Shown here: piece by piece, positions 28,014-37,694 of the stretch | How positions within the stretch are numbered: the first letter of the stretch is position 1 | Layout: each line of letters begins with the position of its first letter | Virus record (IMG/VR): IMGVR_UViG_3300008261_000018 | Location: 21,175 to 85,174 of that record | Strand: one strand, 5' to 3' | Length of the DNA stretch: 64,000 bases | Source of the DNA: a virus | Notes under the pieces: generated by a model | Databases searched by the model: none | Told to the model about the DNA's origin: nothing | What the model saw: the letters and a program-made list of their open reading frames with translations, nothing else | Program-made: the position numbers and the translations under genes

Positions 28014-28361
28014 TTAGACGTCCTCATACACCGAAACGACAACCGTAAAGCTGGGTGCACCCGTAGAGACTTCGGGGCCATCAGCCTTGACGAGATCATT
28101 AGCCAGAAGCACCATCTTCTCTGGACCACTTAGCTTCTGCGCCTGACCAGGAGGAACCCGAAGATCCTTGGCGATGTACAGCAGCGTCCCTCCAGAATCG
28201 ATCCAGACGCTGATCGGTAAATCAAACGCCGTCGTATTGACCACGGTCAAGCCAGTAATCACCGACTTCTTCGCGGCCGGCACCGTGTACAGGGTTACCG
28301 GTACTGGGCTGGTTACAGAGCTGCCAACAGAGGCGGAGGCTCCTCTGGTAAAAAAAGCCAT
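28014..28361 (-). CDS. small beta-rich virion structural protein
   Basis: LYTVPA.KKSVI.GL.V.N…K.VL…D. Confidence 0.8.
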   Translation of the reverse strand: MAFFTRGASASVGSSVTSPVPVTLYTVPAAKKSVITGLTVVNTTAFDLPISVWIDSGGTLLYIAKDLRVPPGQAQKLSGPEKMVLLANDLVKADGPEVSTGAPSFTVVVSVYEDV

Positions 28362-28858
28362 TATCCAAATGCCAGGATGTCAGCGATCGAGAGCTGTGAG
28401 CCCATCGGGAGCCAACTGTTGGTTGTGCCTCCGATATACATGCTAAACGTCCCAGTCAAGGGCCTGTACCACATATCACCCTGCTCGATGCCAACCGTCG
28501 GCTGCGTATTGTCGACAAATAATTGCGTTTGGCATGGCACCCAGGACGTGGTTGCGGCCAAGTAAATCTTGAGATATCCCTCTGTTGTGTCGTACCACAG
28601 CAGGCCATTCGTCGCGGGCGACGGCGCTGTTGCAGAGACTCCGACAGTGGAGCTTCCTGTGCCGCCGACAACCACTACCCAGGTAGTACCGTCGAAGACG
28701 CGCAGGCCATTAACCGACGTATTGAACCATAGGTCGCCCTCGACAGGAGTCAGTGGCGCCGTTGCCGATCGGATAACATTTGCGGAGTGGATTATTCGGT
28801 CGCTTTCTGGCAGCTCCTGGGGGATGCCATTGACCAGAACAATTGGATAACGCTGCAT
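28361..28858 (-). CDS. tail fibre-related protein with P…GDLW repeats
   Basis: Three repeats: EGDLWFNT, NGLLWYDT, QGDMWY. Confidence 0.8.
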   Translation of the reverse strand: MQRYPIVLVNGIPQELPESDRIIHSANVIRSATAPLTPVEGDLWFNTSVNGLRVFDGTTWVVVVGGTGSSTVGVSATAPSPATNGLLWYDTTEGYLKIYLAATTSWVPCQTQLFVDNTQPTVGIEQGDMWYRPLTGTFSMYIGGTTNSWLPMGSQLSIADILAFG

Positions 28859-29421
28859 TAACTCAGAAGCAACGGGGTTTCGGTCTGCACGTCTAGCGAC
28901 ACTGCGGACAAGGCCTGGCCAACTCGTGTCAAATACACGCCGCCACCAATTGGCGGCGTGGGACTCACGGCTCCGGCGGTTGTTAAGTAGTACTCCTGGC
29001 CAGTACTCAGTCCGGTGAAACCATCAACACGCCCCCTCGCGATTACCGTCACGCTGGCACCTGCTATCACGCCCTCCCGGCAGAAGCCCAGTACATTTGC
29101 TTGCTGGAACGACCCCGTATTGCGTGCGCGGTAGACGAATCCATCCCCGGCTAGGTACACCGCGTCGCAGGCATTTAGGGCTTCGCCTGCATTCATAGGC
29201 AGGCGGACTGACAGGCCAGATCCGCCGGATCCGCCGCCTAGAGCCCCTTGCAGGTCAATCAGCGCTTGAATGATCCCGGCCGTATTACTTGGGTATGACG
29301 TCACGGTTCCTCCAGCGGCCACAATGCAGGCCGTGATTGCCGCAATAATCCCTGCGGTATTCTCCGCGTATCGACCCTGGAATAAGGGTGTAACAGACGG
29401 ATTAAGAGGCTCTGTTGTCAC
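28858..29421 (-). CDS. virion structural protein
   Basis: AGEAL…DAVYL…LG…G…GL.TG.EYYL…P…VGQA. Confidence 0.75.
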   Translation of the reverse strand: MTTEPLNPSVTPLFQGRYAENTAGIIAAITACIVAAGGTVTSYPSNTAGIIQALIDLQGALGGGSGGSGLSVRLPMNAGEALNACDAVYLAGDGFVYRARNTGSFQQANVLGFCREGVIAGASVTVIARGRVDGFTGLSTGQEYYLTTAGAVSPTPPIGGGVYLTRVGQALSAVSLDVQTETPLLLS

Positions 29422-29460
29422 GGCCGATAGCTGCCTCCACCCTGAATTCTAAACAGCGCA

Positions 29461-30879
29461 TCAAGCAACAATTACCGGCGCCCCCGTGCTGCCGGGTTCT
29501 ACGACCTGAATAAATGGATACGTTGCCGCTCCGATGATCACGTCTGATTCAAACCGAGCTGTTGAGGCGTTGTAGATCCGCAGCTGCTGCGTACCGCGCT
29601 GTAGCCACCAATCGTTCTGCCGGCACCAAATCGCCAACGGTTCGGTTCCGTCATTCCACAGCATTGGGCGAGGATCAGACCTGATCGCGTCACGTACGTC
29701 GGAGCCTGGAAACAATTCAAGGCCGACAACCTCAGCCAGCGACATCGCGTAACGGTCGTAGTTCATCTGCCGCAACGCGAAGTATTCGTTGGCGATCTGC
29801 GCGCTATATCGCCCCTCCGACGCCCCGGCCAACTCGAGGATGTCTCGTTCTTCCTGCGTCGGATAATCCGATGGCTCGTACCACGGAATCCCGCAAGACC
29901 AGCGCAGTGCATGCATGTGCTTGCACTCACGGCGTTGGTCAATCCGGAACGGCAGGGTCCGCCATTGGCGGTAGTACCCCGCGCCCTGCCTCTCCCATGG
30001 CGCCCGCACCGTGCGGTTTGCATTCGGCAGCGGGAACTCGCGCATCGAGGCGGTCGCACCCGCCTCTTCCGGGTATTCCAGGTTGGCAAGCGCTCCGCCT
30101 AGGTGATCCGGGCAGCAGCAGAACATCTTGAATGAGGAGCACAAGTGGCGGCCACTCGCCGTGTTCCAACTCAACGGAGCGTTTGGGTCGTATCCCAGAG
30201 CCTGCCAGTACACCCTCCCATTACGCTCAATACGCCCTTGCGGCTTGGATAGATCAAAGACCAACGTCATTGATCCGGGATTTGCCGCGATGAGTGTCAG
30301 AGCAATGCTCCCGACAGGGCGAGGAATCAAGTCATCCGGATAACTGGGGCCAGAAGCACTGTCCTCGAACTGGTCTCCTATGAACACCGAGAAGATCCCG
30401 ACCTGAGCAGGCGTCAGGACACCTGTCACGTCATACGTCAACGTGTGGTTATTCGGATCGGGATCCGATGTATTCAGCGATATCGCAGCAGCAGCAAGCG
30501 GTTGCGGAAACATAATGCTCCCGCGGGTCCTCATCGCCGCATACCAAGCTCTCTCCGGACTGGTGCCGCTAGGGAAGACCGTGACAATGTCCTTCGACGT
30601 GCCGTCAACAGCCCCGGTAACGAACCTGGCCAGGCTGTAAATCTGATAATCCGCCCAGCTTCGCCCGTTACCGAAGTAGTACTCTTGCCCCAGTTTCCAG
30701 CGTCTGTAATCAGACTCTCGGTTGTATGCCTCGATCACGGACGGGAACGTGACCGAGCCGTATTCGCCCAGTCCGTTGCCTTTCGACGGATAGACACCGT
30801 TCGCCGTCTTGCGCATTGGCTTGGACACTGGGCTCAATCCGAAGCCCTGATCCATTCGCGCGCCCAGGCGTTTAGGCAT
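29461..30879 (-). CDS. hypothetical protein with a split SWIM-type zinc finger
   Basis: FCCCPDH … RRECKHMHAL. Confidence 0.7.
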   Translation of the reverse strand: MPKRLGARMDQGFGLSPVSKPMRKTANGVYPSKGNGLGEYGSVTFPSVIEAYNRESDYRRWKLGQEYYFGNGRSWADYQIYSLARFVTGAVDGTSKDIVTVFPSGTSPERAWYAAMRTRGSIMFPQPLAAAAISLNTSDPDPNNHTLTYDVTGVLTPAQVGIFSVFIGDQFEDSASGPSYPDDLIPRPVGSIALTLIAANPGSMTLVFDLSKPQGRIERNGRVYWQALGYDPNAPLSWNTASGRHLCSSFKMFCCCPDHLGGALANLEYPEEAGATASMREFPLPNANRTVRAPWERQGAGYYRQWRTLPFRIDQRRECKHMHALRWSCGIPWYEPSDYPTQEERDILELAGASEGRYSAQIANEYFALRQMNYDRYAMSLAEVVGLELFPGSDVRDAIRSDPRPMLWNDGTEPLAIWCRQNDWWLQRGTQQLRIYNASTARFESDVIIGAATYPFIQVVEPGSTGAPVIVA

Positions 30880-32138
30880 TACCCGCCAAATCGCCGTGAG
30901 TAGTAGTTAGAGGCGGGGCCGCCGCCGCCGCTCAACCTGCTGGAGCCGCCGTTACCGGAATCTTCCGAGGCGTAGCTCCCGGCGATCATCGAACCACTGC
31001 CGCCGCCGCGCCCAGCTCTGCCGCTTTGGTAGGAAGAGCCGCCGGAGGCGAGACCGTAGCTGCTGAACACACTGCTCCCGCGCCCGGAGCCGCCACTACG
31101 GAGCGTTTGCAGTTCGTACTCGTTAGAACCGCCGCCTGATCCACCCATGGCGAGCAGCTCGTCAAGCTGCTTCTGGTAGCCAGACAGCGTCTCCTCTAAC
31201 TGCTTTTTGTAACTCTCGTCGACATCGCTACCTTTGTTTTGGTATTCAGCTAGCCGACTATTGAAGTCTGACTCTAGCTGGCTGTATCGCGTATTGAATT
31301 CCTCCGACATCCGACTATTCGCGTCCTGGAGACCGCCGATCGTTCCCTCCAGATCTCCGATCGTGTCCTCGTAGCCCGAGACTGCATCGTCTAGGCGTCC
31401 CTGCCATTCTTCGTCCAGGCCGCCAAGACGACTCGTCAGCTCATCGAATGACGTCTTCAGTCCCCCGAGCTCTGTATCTTTACCGCTCAGTGAATCGTTC
31501 AAGGTCTTGATCTGATCTTTGAGCTTGTTGATCTTGTCTTTCTGCTTGTCGTTATTGGTCTTGCCGTTGCCACCTATCTTGCTGGGAGTATTCTTCTTGC
31601 CCCCAGTCAACACGGATTCTTTATTGGTCTTGCTCGTACCCGCATTCTTCCCACTGCCCTTGATCTGATCCTTGACCTGTGTGGCCATTTGATCAGCCTT
31701 TTTCTGCGCCGCGGGGGTCTTGCCTGGCTGCTTGCCGGATCCGCTGCCCTTCGATTCCGTGTATTGAGTGGTCCTAGCTACGGCATTGGCAGCAGCCTTG
31801 CTCCCTGCTGATTGCCCCTTAGTCGGGGTGGAATTTACTTTCTGCGGCGATACGCCTGCGACTGGGCGCGTCGCGGTGGCTGCCGCTGGGGTCTTGGCAG
31901 GTGCCGCACTCTTATTGGCAGCCTTCGCCGGAGCCTGGTTAGGCCTCGGAGCTGGAGCTGGGTTGGGCCTCGGAGCTTGAGCTGGGTTGGGCCTCGGAGC
32001 TGGGGCGGGATTAGGCCTCGGAGCTGGAGCCGGAGCCGGTGCTGGACGCGGCGCTGGGGCAGGGTTAGGCCTCGGAGCCGGAGCCGGAGCCGGAGCCGGA
32101 CGAGGAGCTGGGCTGCCGCCGCCGCCTTTTTTCGCCAT
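30879..32138 (-). CDS. Pro/Lys-rich coiled-coil protein
   Basis: PAPRPN repeats, basic linker, acidic coiled coil, Gly/Ser tail. Confidence 0.75.
   Translation of the reverse strand: MAKKGGGGSPAPRPAPAPAPAPRPNPAPAPRPAPAPAPAPRPNPAPAPRPNPAQAPRPNPAPAPRPNQAPAKAANKSAAPAKTPAAATATRPVAGVSPQKVNSTPTKGQSAGSKAAANAVARTTQYTESKGSGSGKQPGKTPAAQKKADQMATQVKDQIKGSGKNAGTSKTNKESVLTGGKKNTPSKIGGNGKTNNDKQKDKINKLKDQIKTLNDSLSGKDTELGGLKTSFDELTSRLGGLDEEWQGRLDDAVSGYEDTIGDLEGTIGGLQDANSRMSEEFNTRYSQLESDFNSRLAEYQNKGSDVDESYKKQLEETLSGYQKQLDELLAMGGSGGGSNEYELQTLRSGGSGRGSSVFSSYGLASGGSSYQSGRAGRGGGSGSMIAGSYASEDSGNGGSSRLSGGGGPASNYYSRRFGG
31930..32110. repeat. coding tandem repeat (PAPAPRPN units)
   Basis: Repeated GGGTT(A/G)GGCCTCGGAGC and GGAGCC units. 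Confidence 0.85.
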
Positions 32139-32140
32139 GA

Positions 32141-32677
32141 CTAGAAGAAGCCGCCCTGGGCAAACACGTGGACACGCGTCGACGCGCTAGGCGCCGTCAG
32201 CACGGCGTTCACGCCGATATAGATCAGCGCGCCGGAGGGTACATATAGACCTGTGTTTTTCTTGTCGGTTTCCGATGCGAAGGTCGTCGTGGTCGCCGCA
32301 GGCCCCGCCAGGTTGGGTACCGGGACACACAGCGGCGGAAGCGAGATATTAGTGCGCTGACCTGCTGAGCTCGAGGCAATTGCCGCGCTGGCAACACAGG
32401 CCGTGTTACTCGTATTGATCCCGTTGGCAGACGTTGCCACGCTCAGGAACACCAACACCGTCGACGCTGTGGTGCTGGCCTCGTTGGCGACGATTGAGAT
32501 GCTGTCAATGATGCCGCCATCATTAGACGAGCAGTCCACCAGCAGCACGCAACCACCACCGTTGACAGTGTTGAAGTTGGTCGCCGTGTTGAGGCAGGCC
32601 GCGCCGCCAATCGTTGCGAATGAATGCAACGGCCGGTCGACCAGCAGTGGCATCTTATTGCTGGACGTCGTTGCCAC
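32141..32677 (-). CDS. virion structural protein
   Basis: MATTSSNKMPLLVDRPL…; Thr/Ala/Ser-rich; ends AQGGFF. Confidence 0.8.
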   Translation of the reverse strand: MATTSSNKMPLLVDRPLHSFATIGGAACLNTATNFNTVNGGGCVLLVDCSSNDGGIIDSISIVANEASTTASTVLVFLSVATSANGINTSNTACVASAAIASSSAGQRTNISLPPLCVPVPNLAGPAATTTTFASETDKKNTGLYVPSGALIYIGVNAVLTAPSASTRVHVFAQGGFF

Positions 32678-32745
32678 TTACGGCCTCTCTAGTCTTCTCA
32701 GATTGTATCCAGAAACGAACTGCGGCGTTCCAAACGCAAGACGCT

Positions 32746-33198
32746 TCAGTTCATTGGTTCATTGCGACGAGGGCCGCCGCCTACTCCAAACCGAGTACCC
32801 CGCGCCTTACGCGGGCCCTGAATCGGACCATCGCCCGGAGCACTGCCCCAGCCGATATGGCTTTGCACCTCCGCATCGTCCGTCGCACCGCCCCCTTCAG
32901 CGAAGGCGCCCCACTGATCAGGCCGCGTGAATTGCGGCCCCTCCGCGGTTGCATAGCGCTCACCATCGCCATAGGGATTACGGCTATGAACGACATTGCC
33001 CTCTGAGATAAACGACTTTGCGTTCTGCGGATTGTTCGGCACCGTACCGCGAGCGTCCGCAAAGAACTGCTTGGCTTCTTTGTGGCCCTCCTTGTTGAGG
33101 TACCACTCGTTAAAGCGTGTACTGCGCTTGGGTCCTTGCCGATGTTTCCGATCGGCGAGACCTTCTCCCCCCTCGACGGGTTTCTTATCGCTTTTCAT
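32746..33198 (-). CDS. hypothetical protein
   Basis: 150 aa in the late operon. Confidence 0.65.
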   Translation of the reverse strand: MKSDKKPVEGGEGLADRKHRQGPKRSTRFNEWYLNKEGHKEAKQFFADARGTVPNNPQNAKSFISEGNVVHSRNPYGDGERYATAEGPQFTRPDQWGAFAEGGGATDDAEVQSHIGWGSAPGDGPIQGPRKARGTRFGVGGGPRRNEPMN

Positions 33199-33209
33199 TG
33201 TTTAGAACA

Positions 33210-34337
33210 TCAAAAGAGGGACTTGCCGTCGTAACCCGCCAGCTCTAACTTCTTCGCGGCAACAAGCTTGTTCCAGTCCATCCATTCGGGTGTCTCAGTG
33301 GTATCTGGCAGGTTGTATTTGCCAAAATCCATGCCACCCGCATTTGCGCTCAAGACCCCTGGCCATGATGCCGCGGAGCTCTCAGGCTGCATGTTGAATG
33401 CACGCTCGCCCGCGCCGGTGCTTTTCGCCTGTGGCACGATCGCCTGTAGCTCTGCCATCTTGCTGCGATTAACTCCTGCAACAACGCCCGGCTCGTTCCC
33501 GATGGTGACACCAGGAGCCACAGGTGCGCCGTCGTAAAGCGCGTACTTGGCGTTCATCAACGCCTGCTCGCCCACCGTCGGCTTCGCCTGATCAATCGTT
33601 GGTGCCGAGGGTTCACCGGCGCCCATGGTTGGCTGACCAGCTGGGAACTTCTTCATGTACTCGCGCAGGGCCATGCCCTTGTTCGCCCGTGCCCACTCAG
33701 CCATGGCGCCGGTGTAACCCATGCCCTGGATGATCTCGTCGATCGAGCCTTCGCCAAGGGCCCGCTGCGCGGCGTAGTAGCCAGCCAGGTTGTCGCCCTC
33801 GTATTTGTCCTGCAGGGCGAGATCTTTCATCGCCTTGCCCTGCTCGGTATTCCAGTACTCCTTGGAGGCGTACTGCTGCATCATGCGGCGCTGCTCGGAC
33901 TCGCGGGCACGCGCAGCAGGATCGCCGTAAGAGTCAGGACGCTGCAGACCAGGGGCGACAGGCGGCGGCGCCTGATCTTTGGATGGGTCGATGGTCGGCG
34001 GGGCGGAACCCTCCCCCATCTGCGCTTTCCAGATGGCGTTTTGCTTTTCGCCTACGCTGATCGCCTGGTCAGCCTCGGCCTTGAGCCTGGCCTGCTTCGC
34101 CAGCTCTTTATCCATCCAGCCCCCGTAGCCAGGGATCCAGCCCAAGTACTGTTTACCGAGCTGCGCTTGCTGGGCAAGTGCGGACGCGTTCTGACTCAGA
34201 ATTCTCTGACGCGCTAATTCTGCCTCGGTCTCTCGCCTGCTGGCGCGTGTCCGTGAAGCCGCTAGCGCGTCATTGTAATTCTTGTGCGCCTTCCCCTGAT
34301 CATCGACGTATCGACCGTCCGGCAGTTTGTAGCCCAT
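33210..34337 (-). CDS. hypothetical protein (probable internal virion protein)
   Basis: 375 aa; GGAGG RBS. Confidence 0.75.
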   Translation of the reverse strand: MGYKLPDGRYVDDQGKAHKNYNDALAASRTRASRRETEAELARQRILSQNASALAQQAQLGKQYLGWIPGYGGWMDKELAKQARLKAEADQAISVGEKQNAIWKAQMGEGSAPPTIDPSKDQAPPPVAPGLQRPDSYGDPAARARESEQRRMMQQYASKEYWNTEQGKAMKDLALQDKYEGDNLAGYYAAQRALGEGSIDEIIQGMGYTGAMAEWARANKGMALREYMKKFPAGQPTMGAGEPSAPTIDQAKPTVGEQALMNAKYALYDGAPVAPGVTIGNEPGVVAGVNRSKMAELQAIVPQAKSTGAGERAFNMQPESSAASWPGVLSANAGGMDFGKYNLPDTTETPEWMDWNKLVAAKKLELAGYDGKSLF

Positions 34338-34340
34338 TGT

Positions 34341-34826
34341 CTACCTCCAGCTGATTGAGCCTGTTGCCTGGGCGATGCGCGTGCCCACGGCGGTGTCTGC
34401 TGGCCCCGGGATGGCCATGATGAATTCAGCGCCGGCACGCTCAAAGGCGTAACGGCGGACCTCGTCGCGGCGATAGTTCGCCACATACAAGGTCTCAGCC
34501 AGGCGATCTACCTCCCGCAGGTAGACCTCCCGGTAGTCGCGATCAGCCTTCAGCGGATCAGACGAATAGATCGCACGATCCGTATCGCCTGTGATTCGCT
34601 CGATCCGACTGGGCTGAGGCTGATCTTCAACGCGGAAGATCTGCGAGACCTTGTACGCCTTATCGCAGCGATCAAGGTGCTCGAGCACCCGTGCGTAGAA
34701 GTAGCTATCAGGCACCCGCGCCATAGCCTCCTCCAATCTGGCGACATCGCCAGCGGGGAGGTTGGCACCTACGTTGTAGCCCAGGTGAAACCTGCAGCGA
34801 CTTTTGTCGTAGTTGTTAAGTTCCAG
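34341..34826 (-). CDS. putative head-tail adaptor/head completion protein, CTG start
   Basis: Frame is open 30 codons above the listed TTG (ELNNYDKSRCRFHLGY…); GAGG before CTG; located downstream of the capsid genes. Confidence 0.65.
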   Translation of the reverse strand: MELNNYDKSRCRFHLGYNVGANLPAGDVARLEEAMARVPDSYFYARVLEHLDRCDKAYKVSQIFRVEDQPQPSRIERITGDTDRAIYSSDPLKADRDYREVYLREVDRLAETLYVANYRRDEVRRYAFERAGAEFIMAIPGPADTAVGTRIAQATGSISWR

Positions 34827-34863
34827 GGAACCTCAACGCGACCTGGGCCTCATTCTAAGAAGC

Positions 34864-35295
34864 TCAGCCGATGTAGATCAGATCTTCTGCAATCACCTCG
34901 TCCCAATCCACGCGGCCGATCTTGCGCAGTTGCTCGAGATTCTTGAATCGCTCGCCGGGCAGAGACAGGCGCAGCTCGACAATCTTCTTGGCGGTTGCGT
35001 AGCCAATACCCTTGACGTGCTTGGCGATGCCTTCAGCGGTGGCCACGTTGAGGTTCAAGCGGGTATCCGCAGGGATCGCGGATTCGGGCAGCTTGTCCTC
35101 ATCCTCCTTGGGTTCTGCACTTTGGGGCTCGATCGACACCCCAGTGCGACCCTTGCCGGGTTCGTACGAGACAAGATCAGCCAGGGCCACATAGCTCACA
35201 GAGCCAGTGCTGTTCTTGACCATCGCCCACTCCTTGTCGTGGTGGCCGATGAATTCAACGATCTGACCGTTCTTGGTGTTCTGGTACAGCGCCAT
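34864..35295 (-). CDS. helix-hairpin-helix (ComEA-like) DNA-binding protein
   Basis: LNLNVATAEGI…VKGIG..TAKKIVE.R….RFKNLEQL. Confidence 0.85.
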   Translation of the reverse strand: MALYQNTKNGQIVEFIGHHDKEWAMVKNSTGSVSYVALADLVSYEPGKGRTGVSIEPQSAEPKEDEDKLPESAIPADTRLNLNVATAEGIAKHVKGIGYATAKKIVELRLSLPGERFKNLEQLRKIGRVDWDEVIAEDLIYIG

Positions 35296-35302
35296 AAGAC
35301 AC

Positions 35303-35336
35303 AAAAAAGAGGGCGCCTGACTTTGCAGACGCCCTC
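35303..35336 (-). terminator. rho-independent terminator after the capsid genes
   Basis: GAGGGCG…CGCCCTC + T6 on the - strand. Confidence 0.8.
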
Positions 35337-35357
35337 ATTGTAGGGATAAACAACCGA

Positions 35358-35996
35358 TCAGGACTCGGTGATGAACGGCAGGTAAGTGCTGTTCACGTCG
35401 GGCACCACATCTTCGATGTAGTAGCAGACTTCAACCACGATCGGAGTACCGCCAGTGGCGGTGGAGGTCAGGGTGGAGCCAGCGGCGGTGCCGGTGCTGT
35501 CGGTGACGAACACCTTCAGAGTCTCGGCGCCGGTCAGAGCCACGGGAGTGATCAGACCTTTGCTGTTAGCGACGGGAGCCACGGTGCCGCCGGAGACGGC
35601 CACGGCCGAAGAGGTCGTGGAGACTGCGGTAGCGGTGATGGTGTCGTCGTTCGCCAGGGCATCGGCCACCTTCAGGCGGTTGGTGTTGGTACCAACCAGG
35701 CCAGAGAAGGCGGTGCCCACGCCACGGTCCTTGCGCACATCGGGCACGCGGATGCCAACGCGGTAGATGTTGGCGCCAGCGGGCACGGTCAGACCGGTGA
35801 TGTCGGGACGGGGCTTGTCGTCCTGACGCAGGTCGGGGCTAGGGATGGTGATATCGAAGCTGGTACCACCAGTTGCACCCACCAGTGCGTAGCCGATCAC
35901 CTGGTAGTAGGTGCGGCCGGGGAGAGCCACAACAGGCTGACCCTGGTAGCTGCTCAGTTCGGTAACCCAGTTACCGGGGTAGATCTTCTTCGCCAT
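35358..35996 (-). CDS. minor capsid/decoration protein
   Basis: Directly after the major capsid gene; strong AGGAGG RBS; highly biased codons; Thr/Val-rich. Confidence 0.75.
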   Translation of the reverse strand: MAKKIYPGNWVTELSSYQGQPVVALPGRTYYQVIGYALVGATGGTSFDITIPSPDLRQDDKPRPDITGLTVPAGANIYRVGIRVPDVRKDRGVGTAFSGLVGTNTNRLKVADALANDDTITATAVSTTSSAVAVSGGTVAPVANSKGLITPVALTGAETLKVFVTDSTGTAAGSTLTSTATGGTPIVVEVCYYIEDVVPDVNSTYLPFITES

Positions 35997-36012
35997 TGTT
36001 CGTTACCTCCTA

Positions 36013-36737
36013 TCAGTACACGAAGCTGTAGGCGACGGTGATGAAGTCCTTGTTCAGGATCTCAAAACCGGCGAAGAGCGACCAGATCATGATAATAAAA
36101 CGACTGAAATCGTCGTTGTTATTCAACAGGATCTGAGCGTTATTACCACCGATACCCACGCCCACGGCTTGAGGGCCGAAGAACAGCATGGGGGCGGCAG
36201 TAGTCACAGCAGAGGTGATCGACGCATCAGCGATGGTCACCTGCAGAGACTTCTCGGGGAGGTTGGTCGACTCGAACCAGCGGACACCCTCAAAGAGGAA
36301 GCCGGTAGGCATCACGGGCTGACCAGCCACGAAGCCTGCCTGGCCGTAAGCGGGACCCATGCCATAGAAGAAGTTGGCGTTGGGAGCCTGCTCGGGCTGC
36401 AGGGGGTTGACCATACCGTTACCCGCGTAACGAGCGATCTCACGGAACGCGTCGTTCTGGCGCAGGTGCATCATTGCGGTGGGATCCGCGATGCAACGGT
36501 AGTAGCCATCGGCGAAGGTCGGGACATTGCGCTTGCGCATGTCCTTGACCACAGCCAGGAGGTCGGTCTTGACGTCGAACTTCGCAGACTGACCGGCGCT
36601 GTAGCTCAGATAAGGAGCAGCAGAACCTTTGGTCTTGTTCAGGGGGTAGTAGTAACCACCCTGGGTGCTGTCGGCCTTGCCATTGGCTTCGGCTTTGAAC
36701 AGCTCGTCAGCAAACACGCGGTCTCGCCAGCGCCTAT
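36013..36737 (-). CDS. major capsid protein, exon 2
   Basis: Splice restores …TLLDD-Y-RRWRDRVFADELF…; MRKRNVPTFADGYY, FEGVRWFESTN, FFGPQAVG; spliced product 380 aa. Confidence 0.9.
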
Positions 36738-37186
36738 CACTACTGCCCCGGAGGGCTGCGAGGCTCTTTATCCTCGCACTTGCTCTTTGTCATCGAGCAA
36801 GGTCAGACTATATCTTCACCATCCTTGAACATCTGAAGACCCCCTTGAACGCGTTGTCGCGCGAAGCGCTTGAGCTGAGCGCTTACGCCTGGAACGCAAG
36901 TACAGGGTCTTCTTCAGTTGACAAGGTGCAGGTGCGGGGCACTCGTGGGTCCTTTACCGAGTTTCCTCTCGGGACCTAGTCGTTGAACCTGCCGGCTTGT
37001 TGGCCGGATTGGCTGCTGATTACCCATGCAGCGACAGGATTTTTAAGCTTTCACGATTGCCCTTCCGGGCTGCGTTGTAGCTCCTGAGCTTTTTCCGACC
37101 GCTGGCTTGGTCGGGAAGGGCTTCCAGCAATTCACCCCGTGTTGCCCTAGACGTTTCCGACTAGGCGACCACAAGCCTTTGGGCCG
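36738..37186 (-). ncRNA. group I self-splicing intron (449 nt, no ORF)
   Basis: 5' exon ends in U and intron ends in G; P (AATTGCTGGAA), Q (AATCAGCAGCC), R (TCAACGACTA) and S (AAGATATAGTCT) elements in order; P1 UGACU/GGUCG and P10 GCUUGU/AUAGGC pairings. Confidence 0.93.
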
Positions 37187-37604
37187 AGTCATCCAGCAAT
37201 GTCAGGCTTCCAATCGACTGATGGAAGACGTTCAGGTTGCCGGTATCCAGCAGCAGGCGCTGGGCGGTCAGCAGGGTCTCACGAGCCACCTTGAAGGTGG
37301 ACGGAGCGGTGGGATCAAGGGGATCAGCGGGACCGGTGTACTCCTTGAGCGTCACCAGGACCTTGTCCTTGACGATATTGCGGCTAGATGCAGTGCCCAG
37401 CGTTTGATCGGCAGTGCGCTCGCGGGAATCCTTGTTGCCAGGATTGCCCCAGAAGCGGTAACGATCGAGCTGAACAGTCTGGCCCGGCTGCTTGGCGAAG
37501 TCATGCACGACGACGGGCTCAACCGCCATCTCGATGATGTAGCCAGGGTGGGGCCGATAAAGCTCTGCGCCTAGCAGCTTGGGAAAGTCATTATCGATCC
37601 ACAT
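37187..37604 (-). CDS. major capsid protein, exon 1
   Basis: MWIDNDFPKLLGAELYRP…DFAKQPGQTVQLDRY…; AGGAG RBS. Confidence 0.9.
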
Positions 37605-37694
37605 GGGTCGACAGGCTCCTCAGCTGGTAGAAGAAACAGCACGCAGAACGCGCGCTTGCTCTTACTATAAAGTCGATTTGTAGGGTGAAAAAAT

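Noticed and set aside
36013-37604. Two separate capsid genes, an intein or a frameshift
   Set aside because: The intervening sequence has stops and the complete group I intron core, and splicing restores the frame exactly.
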